Part shown: piece by piece, positions 9,714 through 18,702 of the stretch
Layout: each line of letters starts with the position of its first letter
How positions within the stretch are numbered: the stretch's first letter is position 1
From: an uncultured Oscillibacter sp.
GTDB taxonomy: Bacteria; Bacillota; Clostridia; Oscillospirales; Oscillospiraceae
Length of the DNA: 33,665 nucleotides
Assembly (NCBI GenBank): GCA_964519775.1
Contig: CAZFJB010000001.1
Span: 1-33,665, forward strand
Reading direction: 5' to 3'
Translations under genes and position numbers: made by a program
Notes under the pieces: generated by a model
Told to the model about the DNA's origin: nothing
The model's input: only the letters and a program-made list of their open reading frames with translations
The model's database searches: none

Positions 9714-10145
9714 TCAGACGCGAAGTTTCCAATACCCCAACCAGGCGATCAGGTTGCCGGGAAGGATACAGGGCAAGGCATACAGGCTGATGATATAAAT
9801 GTCCAGCCCGGGATCTGCCGCTATTTTGGACGTCTTAAACGCGATGACGAGAACCGCATAATACAAGATCAAAAATGCCATAGCGCCTGGAATGACATAC
9901 TTGTTTTTCATAAACTTCATGGGAATACACACCAGGATCGATACCGCCGCGCCCATCAGGAGCGGCGGCAGCCATACCGATAACAGCGAGCCGGTATCCG
10001 GGCCTCCGCCTGCCAGCAGGGTCAGCCCGGCGTATCCGACAGCATATACCACCAGGAGGCCTATGCTGGCCACGAACATTTGCAGCAGCGCGGAGCTGTT
10101 GGGATCACGCGGCCCGTCATTGTAGAGCCGATCTGCTTCAGACAT
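9714..10145 (-). CDS. Hypothetical membrane protein (about 4 TM)
   Basis: Four hydrophobic segments, RBS AGGAGG, operonic spacing. Confidence 0.7.
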   Translation of the reverse strand: MSEADRLYNDGPRDPNSSALLQMFVASIGLLVVYAVGYAGLTLLAGGGPDTGSLLSVWLPPLLMGAAVSILVCIPMKFMKNKYVIPGAMAFLILYYAVLVIAFKTSKIAADPGLDIYIISLYALPCILPGNLIAWLGYWKLRV

Positions 10146-10167
10146 AGAAGAACCTCCTGAGGTGTTT

Positions 10168-10193
10168 TAGGGAGAGGCCGAAGCCTCTCCCTA
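10168..10193 (-). other. GC-rich stem-loop downstream of the binding-protein gene
   Basis: Perfect 11-bp stem TAGGGAGAGGC/GCCTCTCCCTA with a C(UUCG)G loop on the minus strand; no U-tract in the sense direction. Confidence 0.65.
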
Positions 10194-10232
10194 TTTGGTT
10201 AAAAGTTATGTGATACGCGATTTAGATTTCTG

Positions 10233-11435
10233 TTAGGAAATGGACAGGCAGAAGTCCAACAGGTTGGAGACTTCGCCATAGACGTAAGTGGGATCCTCAG
10301 CAACAATGTTCATGGCTTCCAGAGTCTTCATGCCCTCCGTGTCGGCGATGTCATCACGGACACTCCAGCCGCCCAGGGTCTGGAAGGGCTTGTTGCCTTC
10401 GGCGGTGCCGTCGCTCTCACCGCAGATCCAGCGGACCAGCAGCTTGGCGGCGTTGGGATGGGGGCAGTTATCAACGATGTAAACAACGTTGGTGGCGGGG
10501 ATGCCGACGGCAGGCTCGATCTCGATAGCCTCCAGCTTCCAGCCCTTGGAATCGTTGTTGCGCAGCTTGGAGGAGGGACCCATGGAGACGATGATCTCAT
10601 CAGACATGGACAGAGCCTCCAGAGAGTCGTCCGTATCCATCAGCAGGGGATTGTTGTTGGCCAGACGATAGATCAGCTCATAGACAGCGTTCTCAACACC
10701 GCAGGTGTACTCAATGGGCTCGCCGAAGACTTCCTCATAGTTGGCGGCGAACTCGTCAGAATAAGCGGTCAGCGCGGTCAGAGAAGCGGTGACGTCACCG
10801 GTAGAGGTGGGGAGCTTGAAGTTGAATCTGCCAGCCCACTCAGGCTTGGTCAGCTCCCACCAGGAGGTGATGGGCTGCTTGTCAGAAAGCTCATAGTTAT
10901 AGAACCAGTTCTGCAGCTCAATGTAAACGGGCATGGTGTACTGACGCAGGGACTCGTCGATATGGGAGACGATGTCATCGGGATAGTACACATGGAAGAT
11001 GCCGGTCTGAACGAACTCGTTATAATAGGCACCATCCATGTCCTTGCAGTGGACAACGTCGCAGTTCTGGATGCCGGAGTCATACTCGCGCATGACCTTC
11101 TCCACGATCTCGCCGGAGTTCAGGTCGTAGGCCTCGCAGACAACGCCGGGATACTGGGCGTTGAAGCTGTCAGCCACTTTCGTGCAGCGGGAGGAGATGG
11201 AGTACAGGACAACAGAGCCTTCCTGCTTTGCCAGCTCATAGAGCTCCGCGGCAGTCTGACTGCCGTCGTTGATCTTGTTGACGGTAGCCCAGTCGTCAGC
11301 GACAGGTGCCTCAGCGGGGGTTTCGGCGGGAGTTTCGGCCGGAGTTTCGGCGGGTGCCTCTTGCTTGCCGCCGCAAGCAGCCAGGGACAGCACCATCATC
11401 AATGCCAGAACAAGAGCCAAAAGTTTCTTTGCCAT
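10233..11435 (-). CDS. ABC transporter substrate-binding lipoprotein (AfuA/FbpA-like class)
   Basis: Lipobox LAAC, ELAKQEGSVVLYS, ITSWWELTKPEWAGR, PHPNAAKLLVRW. Confidence 0.85.
   Translation of the reverse strand: MAKKLLALVLALMMVLSLAACGGKQEAPAETPAETPAETPAEAPVADDWATVNKINDGSQTAAELYELAKQEGSVVLYSISSRCTKVADSFNAQYPGVVCEAYDLNSGEIVEKVMREYDSGIQNCDVVHCKDMDGAYYNEFVQTGIFHVYYPDDIVSHIDESLRQYTMPVYIELQNWFYNYELSDKQPITSWWELTKPEWAGRFNFKLPTSTGDVTASLTALTAYSDEFAANYEEVFGEPIEYTCGVENAVYELIYRLANNNPLLMDTDDSLEALSMSDEIIVSMGPSSKLRNNDSKGWKLEAIEIEPAVGIPATNVVYIVDNCPHPNAAKLLVRWICGESDGTAEGNKPFQTLGGWSVRDDIADTEGMKTLEAMNIVAEDPTYVYGEVSNLLDFCLSIS
11305..11360 (-). repeat. 12-bp tandem repeat encoding a (PAET)n linker
   Basis: GGRGTTTCGGCS x3 plus degenerate flanks; protein APAETPAETPAETPAEAP after the lipobox. 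Confidence 0.7.
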
Positions 11436-11499
11436 AATGATCCTTCTTCCTTATAAAATTTTATTTTACAGTTTCCACTGAAAAATAACAACAGTTTTT

Positions 11500-12618
11500 T
11501 TACTCCTTGTCTACGGAGCGCTTGATCAAAAGCTCGCTGGCCTTATCGTATACGGTGATCAGATCGGGATCCACCATCATACCGACCTCCTGGCCGTGGC
11601 TGAAATGCTTCAGTCCGATCAGCTTCATCAGCAGACGGTGGCTGCCGATCTCCAATTGGACCAGTGTTTCGGAGCCGGCGGGCTGGGAGGCGTAAACCGT
11701 GGCGGGGATGCCGCCTTCACCCGGGGCCAGATGCTCCGGGCGCAGCCCCAGCACGCAGTCAAACTCACCGTCAGGGATGGGATTGTCCGTGCGGTCAGCG
11801 GCAGGGAAACGCATGGTGCCCAGATCGGATTTTACCACCAGATCGCCGCCCTCAATATGTGCCTTGCCGTCCACAAAATTGATGCCCGGGTTGCCGATGA
11901 AGTCTGCCACCTTCAGATTCGCGGGATTGGTATAGATGTCGTTGGGGGTATCCACCTGAGTCAGCACGCCGTTGAAGAAGATAGCCACGCGGGTGGACAT
12001 CGTCATGGCCTCCACCTGATCGTGGGTCACATAGACGATGGTGGTACCCAGCTCCTCATGCAGACGCTTGATCTCAGAGCGCATATCCAGACGCAGCTTG
12101 GCGTCAAGGTTGGACAGAGGCTCATCCAGCAAAAGCAGGGACGGCTCACTGACAATAGCACGCGCGATGGCCACACGCTGCTGCTGGCCGCCGGACAGCT
12201 CAGAGGGGAACCGCTCGGCATATTCCAGGATCTGCATACGATCCAGAGCGCTGTTTACCTTGGCGTCGATCTCCGCCTTGGAGAGTTTCGAGGTATTGCT
12301 CAAGCCAAAGCCAACATTGCCGCGGACCGTCATGTGGGGCCACAGGGCGTAAGACTGGAACACCAGATTCAGATTCCGCTTGCTGGGGCTGGTGAAGAAC
12401 ATCTGCTCGCTGTCCACGATGGTCTCACCGTTGACTTCAATGGTGCCGTGCTGGGGATTCTCCAGACCGGAAATGACACGCAGAGTCGTGGTTTTGCCGC
12501 AGCCGGAGGGGCCAAGCAGGGTCATAAATTCGCCATCCTCGATGGTCAGGTTCAAATCTTTCAAAACGTGGTTTTTGCCATAGAATTTATCAATGTGCTT
12601 TAATTCTATCTTGCTCAT
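11500..12618 (-). CDS. ABC transporter ATP-binding protein (AfuC/FbpC/PotA class)
   Basis: GPSGCGKTT, FQSYALWPHM, LSGGQQQR, LLLDEPLSNLD, C-terminal TOBE-like region. Confidence 0.92.
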   Translation of the reverse strand: MSKIELKHIDKFYGKNHVLKDLNLTIEDGEFMTLLGPSGCGKTTTLRVISGLENPQHGTIEVNGETIVDSEQMFFTSPSKRNLNLVFQSYALWPHMTVRGNVGFGLSNTSKLSKAEIDAKVNSALDRMQILEYAERFPSELSGGQQQRVAIARAIVSEPSLLLLDEPLSNLDAKLRLDMRSEIKRLHEELGTTIVYVTHDQVEAMTMSTRVAIFFNGVLTQVDTPNDIYTNPANLKVADFIGNPGINFVDGKAHIEGGDLVVKSDLGTMRFPAADRTDNPIPDGEFDCVLGLRPEHLAPGEGGIPATVYASQPAGSETLVQLEIGSHRLLMKLIGLKHFSHGQEVGMMVDPDLITVYDKASELLIKRSVDKE

Positions 12619-12620
12619 GT

Positions 12621-14447
12621 TTAACCTCCCATTCCGCCGGTGAGATCGATATCAAAGAATTTGCTGGCGATCACATAGGTAGCCAGAACGATGATAAACA
12701 AAATGACCGTGATGACGTTGGAATACGGCTCCTGAAAGGAGTTCGTGTACTGATGGGCCAGCAGAGGCAGGTTGTAGTCCGCGGGTGTGGCTACCAGCAA
12801 AATCAGATCCAGTTCCTTGATGACGCCGATAAAGGTGACCATAAAGCTGGACATGAAGCCGCCCTTGGCCAGAGGGATGATAATGCGGACGAAACGCTTG
12901 AAAAAGCCGATGCCCTCAATTTGAGCCGCTTCTTCCAGCTCCGTGCTGATCTGCATCATGTTGGCCTGACCGGTCCTGGCGGCGAAGGGAATGTTTTTCA
13001 CCACGCTGACCAAAACGACCAGTGCAAAAGTACCGTACAGAGACGGGATAATACCATGAGACTTGGAGAACATGGTCAGGTAAATGGCGCCGAATGCCAG
13101 AGAGGGCATCAGATAGGGCACAAACACGACCTGTTCCAGCAGGATACCGCTCTTTTTGCCCCGCAGACGGGAGGTCAGATAGCCCACCAGCTGGCCGATG
13201 CAGGTAGCAAACACAGAGGTGAGAATGGTGATCTTCAGGGTGCTCCACAAAGAGCGGAAGAATCTTGGATTCAGAAGCACGCCGGGTTCGCCCTCATAAA
13301 TGTTGGGATCGCCCTTGCTGAACCAATAGTGCAGGGTGATGTTGTCCAAACTGTAGCTGCCGGGACGCAGCAGAAACGTCTCGAGGAACAGGATCACCAT
13401 GGGCATCATGGTCATCACAACGGTAAAAACGCCCAGCGCGATGGTGCAGGGGGTACGGGCGTGACCCAGCTTTGCCAGGGTGCTGCGGCCGCCCTTGCCG
13501 CCGATGGTGGCATAACTCCTGCGCTTGCCCACGGCAATGCTGTTGAGCAGCAGCGCGACAGCGGAGATAGCGATCATGACCAGGGCTACGCAGTAGCCAA
13601 CGTTCTGATATTTGGTGCCGGAGATGTAGTCCTTCATGATGACGGACAGATTCTTGAAGCCCACAGGTCCGCCCAGATAGAAGCAAATAAAGTAGCCGCC
13701 CATGGTCTTGGACAGAGTCAGGATCGTGGCGGACAGGATGGTGGGCAGCACCAGCGGCATGGTGATCTTGGTCAGGATCTTGACACGGCTGACGCCGGTG
13801 ATCTCGCCCATCTCCTCCAGCTCGCTGTTAACAGACTTCAGCGCGCCTGATACCAGAAGGAAAGAGTATGCGTAATAGTGCATGACGAACACGCAGATGA
13901 TGGGGACCACACCATAACTGAGCCACTCAGGCACCGGAATACCGATGGATTCCAGCAGACCTGAATAACCGCCCAGGCTCTTCACACGGAACACGGCGAC
14001 CCAGGCCTTTGCTTTGCACCAGCTTGGCAGCATATACGGGATCAGGATGGCCAGGTTAAAAAACTTCTTGCCGGGTATATCGGACCGGATCAGCAGCCAA
14101 GCCACCAGCGCGCCGATCAGAACACTGAAGATCGTGGAGAAAAACGCCACGGTCAGAGAGTTCATAAACGGCTTGAAGAACAGGGTCTTGCTGACATTGG
14201 AGAACAAGCAGCGATTCCAGTAATACACCGTGAAGGCGCCGGTATCCATTTTCAGCGCGGCGGATTCGCCGCGGGCTACGGAGAATGTCGTGTCGATGAT
14301 CTCCACCAGGGGATAAACCATCAGGATACCCAGAACTACCAGACACGCGATCAGCAGGATGTTCATGGGGTTCATCAGGAACCTCTTCACCACGTTGGCT
14401 GTCCGCTTGAGTCGGTATGTATTGGAGCTTCTCTGAGGCTTTAACAT
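12621..14447 (-). CDS. ABC transporter permease with two fused TM domains (AfuB/FbpB class)
   Basis: 608 aa hydrophobic protein with two EAA loops (ELEEMGEITG, ELEEAAQIEG). Confidence 0.88.
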   Translation of the reverse strand: MLKPQRSSNTYRLKRTANVVKRFLMNPMNILLIACLVVLGILMVYPLVEIIDTTFSVARGESAALKMDTGAFTVYYWNRCLFSNVSKTLFFKPFMNSLTVAFFSTIFSVLIGALVAWLLIRSDIPGKKFFNLAILIPYMLPSWCKAKAWVAVFRVKSLGGYSGLLESIGIPVPEWLSYGVVPIICVFVMHYYAYSFLLVSGALKSVNSELEEMGEITGVSRVKILTKITMPLVLPTILSATILTLSKTMGGYFICFYLGGPVGFKNLSVIMKDYISGTKYQNVGYCVALVMIAISAVALLLNSIAVGKRRSYATIGGKGGRSTLAKLGHARTPCTIALGVFTVVMTMMPMVILFLETFLLRPGSYSLDNITLHYWFSKGDPNIYEGEPGVLLNPRFFRSLWSTLKITILTSVFATCIGQLVGYLTSRLRGKKSGILLEQVVFVPYLMPSLAFGAIYLTMFSKSHGIIPSLYGTFALVVLVSVVKNIPFAARTGQANMMQISTELEEAAQIEGIGFFKRFVRIIIPLAKGGFMSSFMVTFIGVIKELDLILLVATPADYNLPLLAHQYTNSFQEPYSNVITVILFIIVLATYVIASKFFDIDLTGGMGG

Positions 14448-14499
14448 TTTCTCAACTCCTTTAACTCGTCTACCTCATTTTCTGTCAGATCCCGCGGTC

Positions 14500-15363
14500 T
14501 CAGATCCGCAATCCGTCATACGCCGCGCGGATCTGCCCGGCGTAAAGCTCATGAAGCTGGGCCTCAAGCTCTGAGTGGAGCAGCCCGCCCTTGTGCCCGA
14601 TATGGGTCACATAAATGGAGGTCTCGGCATCAATGGTCTCCTGAGCGGTCAGCTGCTCCAGTGTCTCGCGCAAAAATTCCAGATTCATATGCTGTTTGTC
14701 ACGAGACTGGGAAGCCTTGCCGAAGGTACACTCTATGATCAGCGTATCCAGCCGGAAATCCTTCAGGTACTCAAAGGCCTCTGGATAGAACAGGCCCGTG
14801 TCACAGGCATAGAACATGGTTTTGCCGTTTCGCCGGAACAGATAGTTCAAACTGTTCTCTCCCTCAAACATACCGGGATGCCGCCCATATACCGCGGATA
14901 CCATCATGTCATCCACCTGGAACTCCCTGAAGGGTTCTACCGGGATGAAGGTGCACTGTGTTGGCCACCGTTTCACAGTGACGGGGAAGTTGGTGTACGT
15001 CTGGGCGGCCAGCACTTCTCCAAGCCGCGTAAAGCCATCATATGCCGCCGGGGAAAGATAGATCTCCAGACGTGGTGCCTCTGTGATGCACATCTGCAAA
15101 TTTTCCATAGTCGCTGAATTAAAATGATCCAAATGACTGTGGGTCAGGAAGATGCGCTTCAGATTTTGCAGGGAGATCCCCTCTTTGACGCAGGCGGGCA
15201 GCACGTCCGCGCCGCAGTCAATAAGATTCTCCTCATCCAGCAGAAACGCTGTGCGATTTCGCTTTTCACGGGGATCTTTGCTGGCAAGCGCGCGTCTGCA
15301 TACATCGCATCCGCACATGGGGTTGGGGATCATTTCGGCTGCTCCGGTTCCTAAAAAGATCAT
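14500..15363 (-). CDS. MBL-fold metallo-hydrolase, PhnP-like phosphodiesterase
   Basis: FLGTGAAE.IP, CGCDVC structural Zn motif, THSHLDH, YACDTG, THIGH, AYDGLRI. Confidence 0.8.
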   Translation of the reverse strand: MIFLGTGAAEMIPNPMCGCDVCRRALASKDPREKRNRTAFLLDEENLIDCGADVLPACVKEGISLQNLKRIFLTHSHLDHFNSATMENLQMCITEAPRLEIYLSPAAYDGFTRLGEVLAAQTYTNFPVTVKRWPTQCTFIPVEPFREFQVDDMMVSAVYGRHPGMFEGENSLNYLFRRNGKTMFYACDTGLFYPEAFEYLKDFRLDTLIIECTFGKASQSRDKQHMNLEFLRETLEQLTAQETIDAETSIYVTHIGHKGGLLHSELEAQLHELYAGQIRAAYDGLRI

Positions 15364-15405
15364 GTGACATCACCACACACGTTAAATTCATGTTAGCATA
15401 CTATC

Positions 15406-15434
15406 ATGATACAATGAAATAAGTTTTATTTCAA
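15406..15434 (-). promoter_or_regulatory. sigmaA promoter of the PhnP-like/ABC operon with overlapping palindromic operator
   Basis: Minus strand TTGAAA-17bp-TATCAT; palindrome TGAAATAA-gtt-TTATTTCA at 15415-15433. Confidence 0.65.
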
Positions 15435-15513
15435 TACTTAATTATGCAATAAAATTTCTTTTCGCTTTTGTGCATATTGTACCCAACTTTTGATTTCCTT
15501 TTTTTGGATTGTA

Positions 15514-15522
15514 TGGTATGAT
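15514..15522 (+). promoter_or_regulatory. Extended -10 promoter of the RpiR gene
   Basis: TG-G-TATGAT about 40 nt upstream of the TTG start. Confidence 0.45.
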
Positions 15523-15559
15523 GTGAAAAATGTTTCTTGTGTTCGGGAGGTGCTTTATT

Positions 15560-16399
15560 TTGGAAAAGAATCCCCTGCTGATCATGCAGACGCAGTATGA
15601 GTCTTTTTCTAAGGTCGGTCAGAAGATCGCCACATATATTATGGAGGACCCAAACCGCGCCATCAACAACAGCATCCAGCAGATGGCCAAGGATCTCTCT
15701 GTCTCTGAAGCCAGCATCGTCCGCTTCAGCCGCGCGATCGGCTTGTCCGGCTTCAGCGATCTGCGGATCCAGTTGGTGAAGCACACAGTCGCCTCTCCGC
15801 TCCCTTCCTTTTTTGAGGAGATCAAGGATGATGACTCCATGGAATCCGTCGCGCAGAATGTGTTCATCCGCAATATTTCCACTCTGCAGACAGCCATGCA
15901 GCAGATCGACTTCTCCACCATCAGTGCCGCGGCGGAGCTGATCCGTGATGCCAAGCGCATCGTCGTCTGCGGTATGGGTACCTCCGCTGGTGTGGCGGAG
16001 AGCCTCTATGTTCGTCTGTTCCGTGTGAGTATGCCCGCGATCCTGGAGACAGACCCGGAATTTATGCAGATCGCCGCCCGGATGGCAGAGCCGGGGACCG
16101 TCTTTGTAGGCATCTCCCGCAACGGCCGCACCACAGCCGTGGTAAAGGCTTTTGAGGAGGCCCAGCGAAACGGGGCCAAGACCATCAGCATCACAACCCA
16201 GACGCAGACCCCGTTGGATCGTGCCTCTGATATCTCGATCATCCATTACGCACCCACGGCGGTCATGGTCTCCACCCGTATCGTGCAGAACACCATCATT
16301 GACTGTCTATATATCTGCGCGACCCGGCACCACCAGCAGGATGTGCTGAATCAGATCGCGGAGAACCGCCGGGTGGCGGAGTTCCTGCGGATGAAATAA
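15560..16399 (+). CDS. MurR/RpiR family transcriptional regulator (HTH + SIS)
   Basis: SVSEASIVRFSRAIGLSGFSDL, CGMGTS, GISRNGRT; TTG start after GGAGGTG. Confidence 0.9.
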   Translation: MEKNPLLIMQTQYESFSKVGQKIATYIMEDPNRAINNSIQQMAKDLSVSEASIVRFSRAIGLSGFSDLRIQLVKHTVASPLPSFFEEIKDDDSMESVAQNVFIRNISTLQTAMQQIDFSTISAAAELIRDAKRIVVCGMGTSAGVAESLYVRLFRVSMPAILETDPEFMQIAARMAEPGTVFVGISRNGRTTAVVKAFEEAQRNGAKTISITTQTQTPLDRASDISIIHYAPTAVMVSTRIVQNTIIDCLYICATRHHQQDVLNQIAENRRVAEFLRMK

Positions 16400-16555
16400 C
16401 CGCTTTGCGCCGTAGTGGATCAGGGAACTATATCGCGCCCTGGACGTTGCCCATGCGCGGAATGATTTTTCGGCAGTATGGAAGGACGTGGGGGAGGGGA
16501 CCTGTCTGAGGTTTCCACGCATTGGAAATCAAAACCACGTCAAAAGCACGAGCAC

Positions 16556-16593
16556 AAAAAGGGAGGACAGGCATAAGCCTGTCCTCCCTTTTT
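16556..16593. terminator. Bidirectional intrinsic terminator
   Basis: AAAAAGGGAGGACAGGC-ataa-GCCTGTCCTCCCTTTTT between convergent genes. Confidence 0.9.
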
Positions 16594-16681
16594 GACGTCA
16601 ACAGCGGGATATCTCCGTGTCAGGAACCGCCGCTCGCGGCGGCCGCGCTTCCACGTACCTGTCTGCGGGTAGACGACAGCA

Positions 16682-17620
16682 TTACTTCTTGCCGAGCGTC
16701 TGGAGCTGCTTCATCGAGCCGTACAGCTCGACCATGTGGGCGAACTCGGCCTCGTCGTAGAATTTAAACTCGCCGCGGCCGTAAGACTTAGCAGCCTCGA
16801 GCACGAAGCGCGCGGCCTCCTCCACATCGGCAAAGTGACTGCACCCGGTCGCGCAGCCGGGGACCATGGTTTCGGTTGTGATGGCAACGCCGACAACGGG
16901 CGCGTCGGTGCAGGTGCAGGGCTGCATGATGCTGTTGATATGGTGGACATCATTGCCGTAAGGAGTGATATCCTGCATATTGACGGGGAAGACATAGGGG
17001 AGCTTGCCGGTCGTGCGCTGCATAATGTCCAGCAGGCCTTCGCTCGCGCGCAGGATATAGCCTTCCTTGACGGGCTGGGAGATCGCGAAGCCGCGGGTGT
17101 TGATCACACGGTTGCCCTTGGTCGTATCGATGGAGAAGATGGCGTCCAGCTCCGGCGAGACCTCCTCCTGGTTGACCTGATAGATCTCCACCGGCGAGCC
17201 CATGAAGGGGACGGGATCATGCGGCTTGGTCGGCGCGTCCGGGCAGATGTGAGTGGAGATGAAGATGTCACCGGGCAGCACATCGCCCTTGTTTTTCATG
17301 TCGAGCAGCTTCGCGGCGATGGCGAGCGCGGCAAGCGCGCCGTCACCATCGGAAACATAGCCGATCATTTCAGGCCGCGCGCCGAGACCGCCGAGACGGC
17401 CGAGAATGCCGAGCGTCGGGACGGGGCCGCCGGAGGACTTGCCGTTCGAGCCGGGAATGCGGACCTTGAGCATATGCGTGGTCCCGCGCGGACCGGTGAG
17501 CGGATAGGTCTCGACATTGGCTTCGGGGTCGATGTTTTTGAGGAAATCAACGACCGCCTGGCCGTCTACCTGACCGTTGTCGAGAAGTTCATAGACATCA
17601 ATGATTTGTTTGAGCAGCAT
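16682..17620 (-). CDS. DUF1177 family protein
   Basis: PTLGILGRLGGLGARP, VSDGDGA, THICPDAPT.PH.PV.FM, SIDTTKGNR, QDITPYGN..HHINSIMQP, VPGCATG. Confidence 0.85.
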   Translation of the reverse strand: MLLKQIIDVYELLDNGQVDGQAVVDFLKNIDPEANVETYPLTGPRGTTHMLKVRIPGSNGKSSGGPVPTLGILGRLGGLGARPEMIGYVSDGDGALAALAIAAKLLDMKNKGDVLPGDIFISTHICPDAPTKPHDPVPFMGSPVEIYQVNQEEVSPELDAIFSIDTTKGNRVINTRGFAISQPVKEGYILRASEGLLDIMQRTTGKLPYVFPVNMQDITPYGNDVHHINSIMQPCTCTDAPVVGVAITTETMVPGCATGCSHFADVEEAARFVLEAAKSYGRGEFKFYDEAEFAHMVELYGSMKQLQTLGKK

Positions 17621-17722
17621 GATAATACCTTCCTTTCATTCTTTTAAGCTTCTGCGCAGATATGCTCTTTGTGAAATGCGGGGAACGATCGACCGGGGAG
17701 AGGCGCGCTTGCTTCCGATAGA

Positions 17723-18664
17723 TCAGATCCTGAATTCGCCCTTCTCCATGATGAGCTGATCGTCCAGATACAGTGTGGGATTTTTGATGATGCCGTCCAT
17801 GTGGCAGTCGGCCTTGTTCGTGCCGCCAAAGCCATTGTTGGTGCCAAAGGCGATGTGCACGGTGTGATATGCTTTCTCGTCCTCAAGGATCACGCCGATG
17901 AGCTTCGCGGCGTAGTTCGTGCCGATGCCGAGCTCACAGAGAGTGCGGTTGTTGTCGTTTCGAAGCAGGATGGAGAGCTTGTCGGCGTCGGGGCCGTCGA
18001 TACTTTGCAGCTTTCCATTTTCGACCCTGACCGTGAGCGGCTCACGCAGCAGTCCAACGCCGACCATGCTGCCGTCGATGACCATGGAGCCGTTGGAACC
18101 GTCCTCCAGCGGAGCGATGTAAGCCTCACCGGAGGGGAGATTGCCCGATTGCCCTTTCTCCCGGTAGACGCCGGGGCTGGGGATACCGGGGCGGCCGTTC
18201 AGGTCGAGCGTGAGGACATGACCGTTCTTTTCGATCCGTGCTGTCTTTGCCTGAGTGAGAAGCTCTGTCACACGGTTCGTCAGATCCATGACGGTGGAAT
18301 AGTCCGCTGTCATGGCACCCTGGCGGAACATGGATTCCGTGATGCCGGGCATGGTGGCAACACGCGCGCCGGCTTTTACCGCGGCCTTTTTGGCATTTGT
18401 ATGGGTGATGGAGGTGCTCATCGGGCAAAGAATAACATCTGCAGCCGCCATCGCGGCGGCGATCGCGGCAGGGGGCTCCTGACCGGAGACCTCGCGCGGC
18501 CGCATCGTCACCAACAGCGCGTCTGCGCCAAGCTCCTTGGCGGCCTCGTAGAGTGCCTCGCCGATGGGATACTTCTCATCGTCCGTGATCACAAGAACGC
18601 TTTCGCCTGCCTTTACATCCATACAGGTGGTCAGTACGGATTTTCCAATCTCTACCAGATTCAT
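17723..18664 (-). CDS. M29-like (aminopeptidase T type) metallohydrolase
   Basis: GARVATMPG, GNLPSGEAYIAP, ELGIGTN, ILEDEK...TVHIAFG, CHMD. Confidence 0.8.
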   Translation of the reverse strand: MNLVEIGKSVLTTCMDVKAGESVLVITDDEKYPIGEALYEAAKELGADALLVTMRPREVSGQEPPAAIAAAMAAADVILCPMSTSITHTNAKKAAVKAGARVATMPGITESMFRQGAMTADYSTVMDLTNRVTELLTQAKTARIEKNGHVLTLDLNGRPGIPSPGVYREKGQSGNLPSGEAYIAPLEDGSNGSMVIDGSMVGVGLLREPLTVRVENGKLQSIDGPDADKLSILLRNDNNRTLCELGIGTNYAAKLIGVILEDEKAYHTVHIAFGTNNGFGGTNKADCHMDGIIKNPTLYLDDQLIMEKGEFRI

Positions 18665-18702
18665 GGATCCACGCCTTCTTTCTTCAATTTGTTTTGTTTG
18701 GT

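Noticed and set aside
11305-11360. Tandem repeat as CRISPR or phase-variation tract
   Set aside because: In-frame 12-bp units with no spacers; an ordinary flexible lipoprotein linker
14500-15363. Beta-lactamase or phosphonate C-P lyase operon
   Set aside because: Motifs fit PhnP-like phosphodiesterases, and no phnGHIJKLM genes are present
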